Shown: piece after piece, positions 27,875-38,199 of the stretch
How the letters are laid out: every line of letters starts with the position of its first letter
Numbering within the stretch: the stretch's first letter is position 1
Origin: an uncultured Chloroflexia bacterium
GTDB lineage: Bacteria; Chloroflexota; Limnocylindria; Limnocylindrales; CSP1-4
Direction: 5' to 3'
Assembly: GCA_963707215.1 (NCBI GenBank)
Contig: CAVPPB010000003.1
Span: 1,408,001-1,472,000, forward strand
DNA: 64,000 nucleotides
The notes under the pieces: model-generated
What the model was told of the DNA's origin: nothing
Seen by the model: only the letters and a program-made list of their open reading frames with translations
Databases searched by the model: none
Made by a program: the position numbers and the translations under genes

Positions 27875-28381
27875 ATGACCGAGCGGATCAGCGCGGGCAT
27901 CCTCGTCTACCGGTGGACTCCGGGAGCACCGGAAGGGCCGTGGAACACCCTCGAGGTCCTGCTCGCCCACCCCGGTGGACCGTACTTCGCGAGGAAGGAC
28001 GCCGGCCACTGGTCGATCCCCAAGGGCGAGGTCGAGCCCGGCGAGGCCCTCATCGACGTCGCCCTGCGCGAGCTCGAGGAGGAGACCGGCCTCCGCCTGG
28101 TCGAGCCACCCCTCATCCCGCTCGGCGAGACACGCCAGAAGGGCGGCAAGCTCGTCCACGCCTGGGCGGCCGAGGGCGACCTCGACCCGGGCGAGTCGGT
28201 CAGCAACACCGTCCTTATCGAGCTGCCGCGCGGGTCAGGCCGGCTCGTCGAGTTCCCCGAGATCGATCGAGTCGAGTGGTTCTCGCCGGACGAGGCCCGA
28301 CGGCGGATCAAGGAACCGCAGGCCGTCTTCATCGACCGCCTGGAGGCAGCCCTGGCGGAGGCTGACCGGCAGAGGTCATGA
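27875..28381 (+). CDS. NUDIX hydrolase
   Basis: LLAHPGGP; Nudix box WSIPKGE...ALRELEEETG; FPEIDR. Confidence 0.9.
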   Translation: MTERISAGILVYRWTPGAPEGPWNTLEVLLAHPGGPYFARKDAGHWSIPKGEVEPGEALIDVALRELEEETGLRLVEPPLIPLGETRQKGGKLVHAWAAEGDLDPGESVSNTVLIELPRGSGRLVEFPEIDRVEWFSPDEARRRIKEPQAVFIDRLEAALAEADRQRS

Positions 28382-28452
28382 CCCGGGAACGATGACGCCC
28401 GGCCGGTCGGCCGGGCGTCGCTCGGTGATGCGGGCGGGCGACCCGCAGGCTC

Positions 28453-28740
28453 TCAGTTGTAGATGCTCTGGACCCGGTCGCGGTTGCCGTAGGCGCCGCC
28501 GGCCCAGCTGAAGACGTCGGCCAGGACGCCGAGGCCCAGCCAGACCCAGTCGAAGCCATCGACCCCGCCCTGCGACACGAGCACGAAGGCGAGGGTCGTC
28601 CAGGGCACGAACAGGAACCCGAGGAACGGCCACAGGAAGTTGTCGAATGCGGCGCTCCAGCGAGGCTGGTCGATCAGCCACCAGACGAGGATCCCGGCCC
28701 GCGGACCGATGAGCACCAACACCGAAGCCAGGCAACACAT
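28453..28740 (-). CDS. Small membrane protein
   Basis: MCCLASVLVLIGPR...LGFLFVPWTTLA; GGAGG upstream. Confidence 0.75.
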   Translation of the reverse strand: MCCLASVLVLIGPRAGILVWWLIDQPRWSAAFDNFLWPFLGFLFVPWTTLAFVLVSQGGVDGFDWVWLGLGVLADVFSWAGGAYGNRDRVQSIYN

Positions 28741-28876
28741 AGCGTCCCATCCCTCCGTGGCGTCTAGGTGCGGAACGCTAGCAGCCCGAGTGCCCCCGGG
28801 GAAGGGGCTCCGGGTCCTGCGTCGCGAGGGATGAGCGAGAAGGAGCCGGCCTCGGCCGGGCCGCTACCATCTGGCC

Positions 28877-30079
28877 ATGCCGATGTTCGCCGACCTCCAG
28901 CCGCTCCCGCCCGACGCCATCCTGGGGCTCTCCGAGGAGTTCCAGGCCGATCCCCGCCCCGGCAAGGTGAGCCTCGCCTCGGGCGTCTACGTGGACGAGT
29001 CCGGCATCACGCCGATCCTCGACACGGTCGCCGAGGCCGAGCGACGGATCCTGGCCGAGGAGACGACGAAGCTCTACAAGCCGATCGCCGGCGACCCGGC
29101 CTACACCCACGCGGTCCGCGAGCTGCTTCTGGGCTCGGAGCATCCGGCCCTGGCCGAGGAGCGCGCCGAGACGCTCCACACCCCGGGCGGCACCGGGGCC
29201 CTGCGGGTCGCCGCCGACCTGGTCCGCCGGATCCGCCCCGAGGCCACGATCTGGATGCCCACGCCGACGTGGCCGAACCACCCGCAGGTCTTCGCGGCGG
29301 CCGGCCTGGCGACACGGTCCTACCCATACATGGACCCTGGGACCGGCGCCCTCGACACGGCCGGCATGCTCGCCGCGCTCCGCGCGGTGCCGCCCGGCGA
29401 CGTGATCCTGCTCCACGCCTGCTGCCACAACCCCACCGGGATCGACCCGGACGAGGCGACCTGGGGAGCGATCGCCGAGGCCGTCGAGGCGGCCGGGGCC
29501 CTGCCGCTCGTCGACTTCGCCTACCAGGGCTTCGGCGATGGCCTGCGCGAGGACGCGACCGGGCTCCTGGCGCTGATCCGGCCCGGGCGGGAGCTGCTCC
29601 TCGCCTCGAGCTTCTCGAAGAACTTCGCCCTCTACGACGAGCGCGTCGGGGCGCTCACGCTGCTCGGCTCGACGGCCGGCGAGGCGGCGACCCTGCTGAC
29701 CCACGCCAAGGCCGTCGTCCGGGCCAACTACTCGAACCCGCCGGCCCACGGCGGCGAGATCGTGGCGACGATCCTGGCTGACCCGGAGCTGCGGGCCGCC
29801 TGGGTCGAGGAGGTCGCCTTGATGCGCCACCGGATCAACGGCAACCGCCGGGCCTTCGTCGAGGGGCTGACGGCTGCCGGTGTGCCCGGCGACCACGAGC
29901 GGCTCCTGCGCCAGCGGGGCATGTTCTCGCTGCTGGGCCTGACGGCCGACCAGGTCCGCCGGCTCAAGGAGGAGCACGCGGTCTACGTCGTCGGGGCGGG
30001 CCGGGTCAACGTCGCCGGGCTGACCCGGGCGAACCTGGAGCCGGTCTGCCGGGCGATCGCCGCGGTCACGACCGCCTGA
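28877..30079 (+). CDS. Aspartate/aromatic amino acid aminotransferase (AspC/TyrB type)
   Basis: TPGGTGAL, HACCHNPTG, DFAYQGFG, SFSKNFALYDERVG, YSNPPAHG, QRGMFS. Confidence 0.92.
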   Translation: MPMFADLQPLPPDAILGLSEEFQADPRPGKVSLASGVYVDESGITPILDTVAEAERRILAEETTKLYKPIAGDPAYTHAVRELLLGSEHPALAEERAETLHTPGGTGALRVAADLVRRIRPEATIWMPTPTWPNHPQVFAAAGLATRSYPYMDPGTGALDTAGMLAALRAVPPGDVILLHACCHNPTGIDPDEATWGAIAEAVEAAGALPLVDFAYQGFGDGLREDATGLLALIRPGRELLLASSFSKNFALYDERVGALTLLGSTAGEAATLLTHAKAVVRANYSNPPAHGGEIVATILADPELRAAWVEEVALMRHRINGNRRAFVEGLTAAGVPGDHERLLRQRGMFSLLGLTADQVRRLKEEHAVYVVGAGRVNVAGLTRANLEPVCRAIAAVTTA

Positions 30080-30205
30080 GACCGACCGGGCGGGCGGCCA
30101 GCACCGCCTTGCGCCCATGTGGGAAGATGCTTCTGCCGGCAGCGAGTGCCCACCCTTCGAGAGCGCCGGCGATCACGAACATCTTCGACGGGAGGATTGC
30201 AGCGT

Positions 30206-30601
30206 ATGAATGGTCGACCTCTTGGCGTCACGATCATCGCGATCGTGCTCGCCGTCAGCGGCGCCTTCCAGGTCCTCGTCGGCCTCGAAGCGCAGGGAAT
30301 CACCAGCTTCGGGCTGCACGAGGTCGCCGACGAAGCCGGCATCAACGGCTGGACCTCGCTCATCGCCGGCGTCCTGACGCTCGTCGCGGCCGGCGGCCTG
30401 TTCACCCTGGCCGGCTGGGCCTGGATCCTGGCCGTCGTCGTGCTCGGGATCCGGATCGTCGCCGACGTCATTGCGGCGATCACCCTGGGCCCCACCACCA
30501 CGCTCGGGATCAGCTCGATCGTGAACGCGGTGATCTCGGCGGTCATCCTCTGGTACTTCTTCCGCCCGAACGTCCAGGCCGCGTTCGGCCGGGGCACCTA
30601 G
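30206..30601 (+). CDS. Four-helix membrane protein
   Basis: RPLGVTIIAI...WYFFRPNVQAAF; GGAGG upstream. Confidence 0.75.
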   Translation: MNGRPLGVTIIAIVLAVSGAFQVLVGLEAQGITSFGLHEVADEAGINGWTSLIAGVLTLVAAGGLFTLAGWAWILAVVVLGIRIVADVIAAITLGPTTTLGISSIVNAVISAVILWYFFRPNVQAAFGRGT

Positions 30602-30819
30602 GACCCAGGGCCGGCGACCCGAGCGGTCGTCGACCCGCCACCGCGACCGTTCCGCCCCTCGGCGGGCCATTCGGCCCCTCGGGGGGCGTCGTTCGTGCCC
30701 GCAGCTCCATCGAAACGACCCATGCGAATGTATCGATGGATACATCGAGCCGACATGGCCCAGGCGATACGGTGCCACCACGGCCCGGCGCATGGGCTGG
30801 CCCGTCGTGAGGGAACCCG

Positions 30820-31857
30820 ATGGAACCGAACGTCGTCCTGCCGCTGGCCTCGTCGCTGCTCAGCTTCCTCGTCTTCGTCCTGCTCGTGGACCAGTGGCGC
30901 GAGCGTCGGCGACCCTACCAGCTCATCTGGGCGATCGGCATGCTCTGGTACGGGCTGTCGGCCGGCACCGAGTTCTGGGGCAGCGCCTTCGGCTGGAGCG
31001 AGCCGCTCTACCGGGCCTGGTACCTCATCGGCGCGGTCTGGGTCGCGGGTTGGCTGGGCCTCGGCACGATGTACCTCCTGGGCAAGACGCGGTTCGGGTA
31101 CGGGGCCGCCTTCTCGATCCTGCTGGCGGGCCTCTTCACGTTCCTGACCTGGCGCCGCTACGACTACGTCGACAGCGGCATCACCCCGTACCTCTACACG
31201 GCGATCGCGCTGGCGGGCGCAGCCTGGATCGCGGTCGAGACGTATCGCGCCCGGGACCGCTGGGCGCACGTTGCCGGTGCCCTCATCGTCGGCGGGTCGG
31301 TCCTCGCGATCCCGCTCGTGCTCCTGGCCCCGCTCGCGGGCCCCGGCTACGCGGTCGATCCGGCGACCGGCATCCCGACCGGCGACCTCTTCCCGGGCTA
31401 CGTCCGCCTGCTGACCCCGTTCTTCAACGTCACCGGCGGATTCGCCCTGGCCTTCGGGGCCCTCTACTCCGCCTACGTCTTCATGCCCAAGAAGCGCATC
31501 GTCCGGTACTCGCTCGACCGGCGCCAGGGCGTCGGCGGCTACCTCCTCAACCTGGCGATCGCGCCGCTCGCCATCACGATCAACCTGGTCGCCTCGATCC
31601 CGGGGGCGGTCGTCGACCTGTTCCGCGGTCGACTCAACACGCGAGTCCCGGCGACGATCCTCATCGCCATCGGCGGCTTCGTGCCGAGCCTCACGAGCGG
31701 ACTCAGCCGGTTCGGCGAGACGACCGCCTTCTTCCTCGGAGAGTTCCTGGGGGCCGCCTTCATCACGGCGGGCTTCCTCGTCTCGATCGAGGTCTTCAAG
31801 GAGTTCCGGATCCCGTTCACCCACCGGGTCCTCCACGCTCGCCGAACCACGCCCTGA
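30820..31857 (+). CDS. Hypothetical multi-pass membrane protein
   Basis: 345 aa with about 9 TM segments; YRAWYLIGA, WLGLGTMYL. Confidence 0.75.
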   Translation: MEPNVVLPLASSLLSFLVFVLLVDQWRERRRPYQLIWAIGMLWYGLSAGTEFWGSAFGWSEPLYRAWYLIGAVWVAGWLGLGTMYLLGKTRFGYGAAFSILLAGLFTFLTWRRYDYVDSGITPYLYTAIALAGAAWIAVETYRARDRWAHVAGALIVGGSVLAIPLVLLAPLAGPGYAVDPATGIPTGDLFPGYVRLLTPFFNVTGGFALAFGALYSAYVFMPKKRIVRYSLDRRQGVGGYLLNLAIAPLAITINLVASIPGAVVDLFRGRLNTRVPATILIAIGGFVPSLTSGLSRFGETTAFFLGEFLGAAFITAGFLVSIEVFKEFRIPFTHRVLHARRTTP

Positions 31858-31994
31858 CCGGGTCGGCGACGCGTCCCGCGGGGGATCGGCCGAGCCCGAT
31901 CCCCCGCCGCCGTATCCACCGCCAGGTGCCGCCACCGCAGCCCTGCCGCCGCGTCCCGCCGCCGCGTCCGCCGCCTGCGCGGTAGCATCCGACC

Positions 31995-33719
31995 GTGAGC
32001 CAGCGCCAGGGTCCCGGCAGCTCGACGCCCCGCCCCACCCGCCGCCGGATGCAGGCCCGGCCGATGGCCGGCTATGGCGCCGGACGACCGCCGCGCCGCG
32101 GCCCCGGCTGGTTGGGTCCGGCCGTCCTGGGCGGAGGCCTCCTCGTCATCGCCCTCCTGGTGCTCGGCCTGGGCCCGGCGCTCCTCACCAGCGGGGATGC
32201 GGAGCCGTCACCGAGCGGCGCGGCTGCGGCCTCCACCCCACCGATCCGGACGATCCTGCCGGGGGCGACCCCCACCTCGGCGCCCTCACCGTCGCCGAGC
32301 CCGTCGCCGGAGCCGGAGCGCTTCGCCCTCGCGGCCGTCGTCGACCTGACCGACAAGCGGGTCGGGATCACGGCCGAGGCCCTGGCCACGGCCGTCGACG
32401 GGGGCGGGGCGATCCTGCCCTGCGGGCTGGCGTCACTGGAGATCGCCGGCTCCCCGGTCGACCTCGTCGGTCGCGACTGCGTGGAGCCGGAGGCAGTCGC
32501 CGCAGCGGTCCGCGCCTCGGGCGGCGGCATCGGCCTGCTGCCGGTCGGACTGGTCGAGCCGGTGGTCAAGGCCCTCGAGGTCGACGGGGCCGACCTGTTC
32601 GGCGCCGCCTCGGCGCGCGCGCTCCCCTACCCGGTGATCGCCACGGCGCCCGGGTACGAGGCCGGGTGGACCGCCTACGACGCCGACGACGTCCGGACGG
32701 TCATGTCGACCGGCAGCGTCTGCCCCGACCGTGGGGTGAGCCTGCGGGCGGTCGTCGAGGGCAAGGGCTGGGACTGGACCCTCGCCGGCGGGACGGCGAA
32801 GTACACCGGCATCGTCATGGACACCCGCTTCAGCGGCCCGGAGGGCAAGGGCTGGCCGGTCGTCAAGCCGGCCCGGACCGGCAACGAGGGCGCCGTCCGC
32901 GAGCTGATGACCGAGGCCGACCTGGCCCTGACCGACTTCGAGTGCCCGATGATCAAGGACTTCAAGCAGCACAACAGCGGCACGGTCTTCTCGATCGACC
33001 CGCGGGTGGCCGACCTGCTGGCTCGCCACGGGGTGGACGTCGCGACCCTCGGCTCGAACCACATCGGCGACCAGGGCCGGAGCGGGGTCGTCCAGACCCT
33101 CGAGTACTTCGAGGCGGCCGGCGTCAAGACGGTCGGGGCCGGGCGGGACCTCGAGGAGGCGCTCCGGCCGGCGATCGTCGATGTCCGGGGCATCACCTTC
33201 GCGATCGTCGGCTTCGACGCGACCGGCGTCTCGCGGGCGGCGACCGCCACGAGCGCCGGCGTCTTCTCGTACTCGACGAAGAACGTCGAGGCGGCGATGA
33301 AGGCGGCGAGCGAGCAGGCCGACATCGTCATCGTCATGCCCCAATGGGGCTTCCCCGAGTACCACGCCGAGTTCACCAAGACCCAGCTGAAACAGATGCC
33401 CTACTGGTACGAGCTGGGCGGCGACGTGATCATCGGCCAGGGCACCCACTGGGCCAGCGCCGCCCAGTTGGAGCCCGGCGGCGATGCCGGCTACCGGTTC
33501 ACGATCTCGAGCATGGGCAACTTCCTGTTCCATCAGAGCTGGAGCCGCCAGACGATGGAGGGCGTCCTGCCGGAGCTGGCCTTCGTCGGCCAGAAGCTCG
33601 TCCGGGTCCGCCTCCACCCGTACGTCGTCGTCGACTGGGCCCAGCCGAACCTGACCGACGCGACGGCCGACGGCGCCTACGTGCTCGACCAGGTCTGGGA
33701 GGTCAGCCGGCTGCCCTGA
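31995..33719 (+). CDS. CapA-family (poly-gamma-glutamate synthesis) metallophosphatase-like protein
   Basis: N-terminal TM; ADLALTDFECP, TLGSNHIGDQG, PQWG, IIGQGTH, SMGNFLF. Confidence 0.82.
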   Translation: MSQRQGPGSSTPRPTRRRMQARPMAGYGAGRPPRRGPGWLGPAVLGGGLLVIALLVLGLGPALLTSGDAEPSPSGAAAASTPPIRTILPGATPTSAPSPSPSPSPEPERFALAAVVDLTDKRVGITAEALATAVDGGGAILPCGLASLEIAGSPVDLVGRDCVEPEAVAAAVRASGGGIGLLPVGLVEPVVKALEVDGADLFGAASARALPYPVIATAPGYEAGWTAYDADDVRTVMSTGSVCPDRGVSLRAVVEGKGWDWTLAGGTAKYTGIVMDTRFSGPEGKGWPVVKPARTGNEGAVRELMTEADLALTDFECPMIKDFKQHNSGTVFSIDPRVADLLARHGVDVATLGSNHIGDQGRSGVVQTLEYFEAAGVKTVGAGRDLEEALRPAIVDVRGITFAIVGFDATGVSRAATATSAGVFSYSTKNVEAAMKAASEQADIVIVMPQWGFPEYHAEFTKTQLKQMPYWYELGGDVIIGQGTHWASAAQLEPGGDAGYRFTISSMGNFLFHQSWSRQTMEGVLPELAFVGQKLVRVRLHPYVVVDWAQPNLTDATADGAYVLDQVWEVSRLP

Positions 33720-33849
33720 GGCGCCTCCTCGGCGTCCGACGGCGGAGGCAGGCCGGATCGGCCCGAATGGCGGTGTCCAGGCCGGACTGGTTCGATCTTC
33801 GCGGCAGGCGGACCGGGTGAGTCGCCGGTGGCGGCCGGGCGGTCGGCTC

Positions 33850-34764
33850 CTACGGCTCACGAAGCGGATCGAGTCCACGATCGCCTCGAGCTCGGCGAGG
33901 TCCTCGGCCGGCGCCTCGGGGGCCGAGTAGACCTCGATGACGACGCGCTCACCGTCGACATCGACGATGCGCAGGTCCAGGGTCTGGCCGGGGCCTCCTG
34001 CCCGATAGCGAGCGCCCCCGTCAGTGGCGATCCAGTCCGTGTACTGGGTTCCGACGCACGCCTCGAAATCGACGTCCTCCGGGGTGGTCAGGGCGAGCCG
34101 CTGCCCGAGGTGACCGTCGACGGAGGCGGGCCCGATCGAGCCGTCGACGAAGTCGTCGCGCGTCGAGAACGCCTCGACTAGCGCATCGACGCCGCCGCCG
34201 ACCGGCGGATCCAGCCACTCGGCGGCGCACGGGTCCACGGTGATGTTCGAGATAGGCCAAACAAGGTTGAAGGCGCTTCCGGTCGGCCAGTCGTCGCCCG
34301 GCCTCCTATCCACGCGCCGTCGAAGGTCATCCCATCGGGGACATCGAGGATGACCCAAAGCGTCGTGGTGACCGGGACGTAGTACTGACCAGCGGACACG
34401 GTCGTCCGTCGGCCGGCAGCGCCGACGGCGTCGGGGCAGGGGTCGAACCCGGCGTCGGGTCCGGCGAGGGACTCGGTGAGGGACTGGCCGACGGAGCGGG
34501 GGATGCGCCACCCACCGCCGGTGCGGCCGGCCCGTCGAGCAGGTTGAGGCCCAGGAGGGAGACGGCCATGACGGCCGCGGCCCCCAGGGCTAGTTTGATA
34601 GCGGTGTTCATCTCGGGCAACCTCCGCGCCGGCCACGGGGCACGGCGCTGGGGGGTCGCGGGGAGCTGGTCGATCACGGCGTCCAGGACGCGGCCCGGAA
34701 GGACCGTGACGCCATCCCCCAGCCACGACCGAACGACGCGCGTGGTCTCGGGATCTGAGCTCAT
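33850..34764 (-). CDS. Single-pass membrane protein, putative anti-sigma-like (frameshifts near 34400, 34300 and the 3' end)
   Basis: MSSDPETTRVVRSWL...PGRVLDAVIDQLPATPQRR, a TM helix, a PS linker, and an extracytoplasmic domain ending AIVDSIRF. Confidence 0.6.
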
Positions 34765-34838
34765 CGAACAGCCTCCCTGGCCACCGGCCGCAGATCGGCG
34801 TCGAGCGCCGCTCGCAGCCCGCGCATCGCGTAGTGGAG
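34761..34838 (-). pseudogene. C-terminal remnant of an ECF sigma factor
   Basis: LHYAMRGLRAALDADLRPVAREAVR* resembles the end of sigma region 4 and overlaps the next gene by ATGA. Confidence 0.6.
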
Positions 34839-34960
34839 CCAGCGATCCGCAGGGGTGAGGCGGACCGACGGGTCCCCCCACACCGTACGAACGCCCCGGT
34901 ACCCGAGCGCCCTCGACCGACCTATCGTCAGGGGTCGGAGGGACGATCAACGGAGGTGGC

Positions 34961-36308
34961 GTGGAGCTGGCGATCGCCCTCGTCGGGCAGGCATCCAGGC
35001 GAGGGATCATCCCCCGAACCCCGGAGTCGAGGGCCTTCCTCGAGGAAGCAGCGGCCTGGGTCCGGGGTGAGCATCCCGATGTAGTGCGTTCGTCCCGGGT
35101 GACCTCGGCGACCCCGGGCGCCGGACGGGAGGGCGGCGGCAAGGCCGACGGCAGGGCCGGTGACAAGGCCGCCGCGATGACCGAGCTGCGCCTGTCGCTC
35201 CACCCGGCTGCCCGCGACGTGGTCATCACCGCGGATGAGCGTGGGCGGCTGGCCGCCCGGGCCGTCACGACCCCGGTGGGCCCCGGCTACCACACCTTCG
35301 TGGGCCGACTCTTCCAGCGGCTGGGCGAGGAGCTGGGGATCGCCTGGGCCGGGCCCGACGGTCCGGAGCCGTCCTCGGACCCGACCGGGTTCGTCGCGTC
35401 CGGCGACCGTCGGGACGCCGAGCGGGGACACCTCGGGCTGGCTCGGTGCCGAGCTGGTCCGGGCCCGCGAGTCGCGCCGCTCCGGCATGCCGACCGTCCA
35501 CCTGGGGACCCCGCCCGGGATCCGCTTCCAGGTCGACGCCGCCCTGGCGACGCCGATGGGCCCCCACGACGACGCCTGGCTGGAGCAGGCCGCCGCTGAT
35601 CCCAGGCTGGCCGCCACCGTCTGGCCCTGGTTCACGGACGCCTTCGATGCCCAGAACCGCCTGGCCAGGGCGCTCTGCCTGATGTGGACCGAGATCCGCT
35701 GGCGGCGGCCCGCCGACGAGGCCGAGCGGGAGGTGATCGAGGAGACGCTCCGCCTGCTCCGTCGCGCCTACCCCATGGATCCGTCGCTGCCGTTCCCCTG
35801 GCGGGAGTGGCTCGAGCTGGCCGGGCTGGCCGGCGGGGGCGACCCGATGACGGAGCTCCTCGAGGAGCAGGCGAGAACGGTCGATCCGGCGACGCCCCCG
35901 ATCGGCTACCGCCGTCGCCCGGTGACCGTCATCCACGAGGGTTGGGCCCTCACGGTGCCCGGCGGCTACTCGGAGCGACGCTCGACCGAAGAGTGGTCCG
36001 GTGGCGAGGGCGGCCGGTCCGTGACGCTGGCAGCCGTCCGGACCGGGGCGAACGGCCGGCCGATGCCGCCCGAGTCGTTCCTCCACCAGGTCGCCGGCCA
36101 CCTGGGCTCCGATGCCCTGGAACACCGGGCCGGCGAGGTCCTGGGCCGGGCCAGGATCGGGGCCGCCGACGCCAACGGGATCTCCCTTGGGGTCGTCGAG
36201 GGCTACGCGGCGACGACCGGCCGCGGGGCCGCCATCCGGGTCGAGTTCGACGACCCGTCCGACTGGCAGTGGGCGCTCGACCAATGGCGGTCGCTCCGGC
36301 CCGCCTGA
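34961..36308 (+). CDS. Hypothetical protein (frameshift near 35435)
   Basis: GGAGG plus GTG start; two long overlapping ORFs with GC-ending codons join through a single indel. Confidence 0.65.
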
Positions 36309-36329
36309 TCTGGTCGGTGAGGGCTGTTC

Positions 36330-36809
36330 TCAGGCGGGGTCCCGGACCGGCACGAGGCGGATGATCGGGATCCGCCGGTCCGTCGCTCGGGCGTACCGCT
36401 CGTAGGTCGGGTCACGCTCGAGGATCCGCGACCACCAGGAGCGAGCATCGGCACCGTCGAGCTCCTCGACCCGGACCTCGATCGACCGCCCCTTGACCTC
36501 GACACGGGCCGCGGGCTCCGCGGTCAGGTTGTGGTACCAGCCCGGGTGCGACGCGCCCCCATCGTTCGCCGCCGCCACGACCATCGCCTCGCCGTCGGGG
36601 AAGAACTGGAGGACGACGGTCCGCTCGCGCCCGGACCGCCGGCCACGGGTCGTGAGGAGGAGCGCATCGACCTTCCAGGGTTTCGCGATGCCACCCTTCG
36701 TACGCCGGAAGACCCAGACGCCGAGCGGCGAGAGCCAGCGGTCGAGCCCTCGGTGGAGGAACAGGCCCACCCGCTCCTTGCGCGTCAGGCGGTCACCTGT
36801 CGATGCCAT
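36330..36809 (-). CDS. Deazaflavin (F420)-dependent nitroreductase/quinone reductase (Ddn family)
   Basis: LLLTTRGRRSG, AANDGG..HPGWYHNLTAEP, YARATDRRIPIIRL. Confidence 0.88.
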   Translation of the reverse strand: MASTGDRLTRKERVGLFLHRGLDRWLSPLGVWVFRRTKGGIAKPWKVDALLLTTRGRRSGRERTVVLQFFPDGEAMVVAAANDGGASHPGWYHNLTAEPAARVEVKGRSIEVRVEELDGADARSWWSRILERDPTYERYARATDRRIPIIRLVPVRDPA

Positions 36810-37357
36810 CAGGTCCGGGCACCGCCCTTCGTGGCGCCCACGGCCGCGGCGCCGAGCCGGCCCCCCCAGGCTCTCGCGCGCTCCAGCTCGCCATCGATCA
36901 GGCGATCGACGACCGGACCGGTCGGTCCACCGACATGGAAGCTCTCCGGCGGGACGAACGTCCGGATCCGAGCCCTCCAGAGCTGCTTCGCGGCGCTCTG
37001 AGCGGCGGAGCCCCAGAGCAGCCCCGGCCCCTTGATCCGGGTGTCGAACAGGGCGATCCGCGGGACGAGTGCCGCATCCGCCACCGTCTCGAGCCACTCC
37101 CGGATCCCGATCCCCGGCGAGACGAGCCCCGGCTCGAACCGCTTGGCCGAGTCGGCCCGCGACTTGGCCGTCGACATCCCGTGGGCATGGGTCGGGCCGC
37201 CGACGACGATCAGGGCGACGTCCTCGGGGAGCTCGGCGGGGGCCGCGCCGACCTCGACCAGCTCGACATCGGCGTGCGCTCGCAGGCCGTCGGCGATGGC
37301 CGCAGCGACGTCGCGGGTGTTGCCGAACATCAATTCGTAGACGACCAGGGCGCGCAT
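36809..37357 (-). CDS. Flavodoxin-family protein
   Basis: ALVVYELMFGNT, VVGGPTHAHGMS, GIREWL, FDTR, GELERARAWG. Confidence 0.85.
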   Translation of the reverse strand: MRALVVYELMFGNTRDVAAAIADGLRAHADVELVEVGAAPAELPEDVALIVVGGPTHAHGMSTAKSRADSAKRFEPGLVSPGIGIREWLETVADAALVPRIALFDTRIKGPGLLWGSAAQSAAKQLWRARIRTFVPPESFHVGGPTGPVVDRLIDGELERARAWGGRLGAAAVGATKGGART

Positions 37358-37480
37358 CGGACGAGTCTCCCGAGGGCTCGGTCGGAGGGCAGGAATGCAG
37401 GCTCGACGGTGGGCCACCGAGACCTTGATGGAGTAGAGCCGACCGGACCGATGGCCGGCTTCGAAGGACCTGGGCACCGG

Positions 37481-37508
37481 TGACTCATGCCGATGAGTCA
37501 GATAGCCT
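37481..37508 (+). promoter_or_regulatory. TA operator palindrome plus -10 box
   Basis: TGACTCAT-gccg-ATGAGTCA (37481-37500), then TAGCCT 7 nt before ATG 37516. Confidence 0.75.
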
Positions 37509-37515
37509 TCTGAGC

Positions 37516-37773
37516 ATGACCAAACGCCTGCAGGTCCTTCTCGACGACGAGGAGCTCGCGGAGATCCAGGAGCTCGCTCGGCGTCGGCACCAGACCACCG
37601 CCGCCTGGGTCCGCGAGGCCCTGCGACGGGCCCGGGACACCGCGAGCTACCCGGAAGCATCCCGGAAGCTCCGGGCCGTCCGCGAGGCGTCTGCCCATGC
37701 CTACCCGGTCGGCGACATCGACGAGATGGTGGCCGAGATCGAGCGCGGGTACAGCGAGGCCGACCCGCCGTGA
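37516..37773 (+). CDS. RHH/CopG-type antitoxin
   Basis: [23 protein letters not shown]...AAWVREAL...[17 protein letters not shown]. Confidence 0.85.
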   Translation: MTKRLQVLLDDEELAEIQELARRRHQTTAAWVREALRRARDTASYPEASRKLRAVREASAHAYPVGDIDEMVAEIERGYSEADPP

Positions 37774-38162
37774 TCTTCGTGGACTCGAGCGTCCCCATGT
37801 ACCTCGTGGGGGCCGAGCATCCCCACAAGGCACGGGCACGCCAGCTCCTCGAGCGGGCGATCACGGACGGCGAGATCCTCGTCACCGATGCGGAGGTCCT
37901 CCAGGAGATCCTCCACCGCTACGTCGCGATCGGGCGGCGAGAGGCGATCGGGCCAGCCTCGGAAGCCCTGCTCGGCGTGGTCGATGCGGTCCACCCGGTC
38001 GAGCGGATCGACGTCGAGCGGGCAGCCAGGCTGGTCATGGAGACCTCGCTGTCGGCGCGCGACGCGATCCACCTGGCGATCATGCGACGCCGCGAGGTGG
38101 ACCGGATCCTGACCTTCGACCGTGCCTTCGACGACGTCGCCGGCGTGACCCGTCTGGCCTGA
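37770..38162 (+). CDS. vapC: VapC PIN-domain toxin
   Basis: [37 protein letters not shown]. Confidence 0.92.
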   Translation: MIFVDSSVPMYLVGAEHPHKARARQLLERAITDGEILVTDAEVLQEILHRYVAIGRREAIGPASEALLGVVDAVHPVERIDVERAARLVMETSLSARDAIHLAIMRRREVDRILTFDRAFDDVAGVTRLA

Positions 38163-38199
38163 GGCCGACCCGACGCCCATCCGGGCGCGGTCGGCTGAG

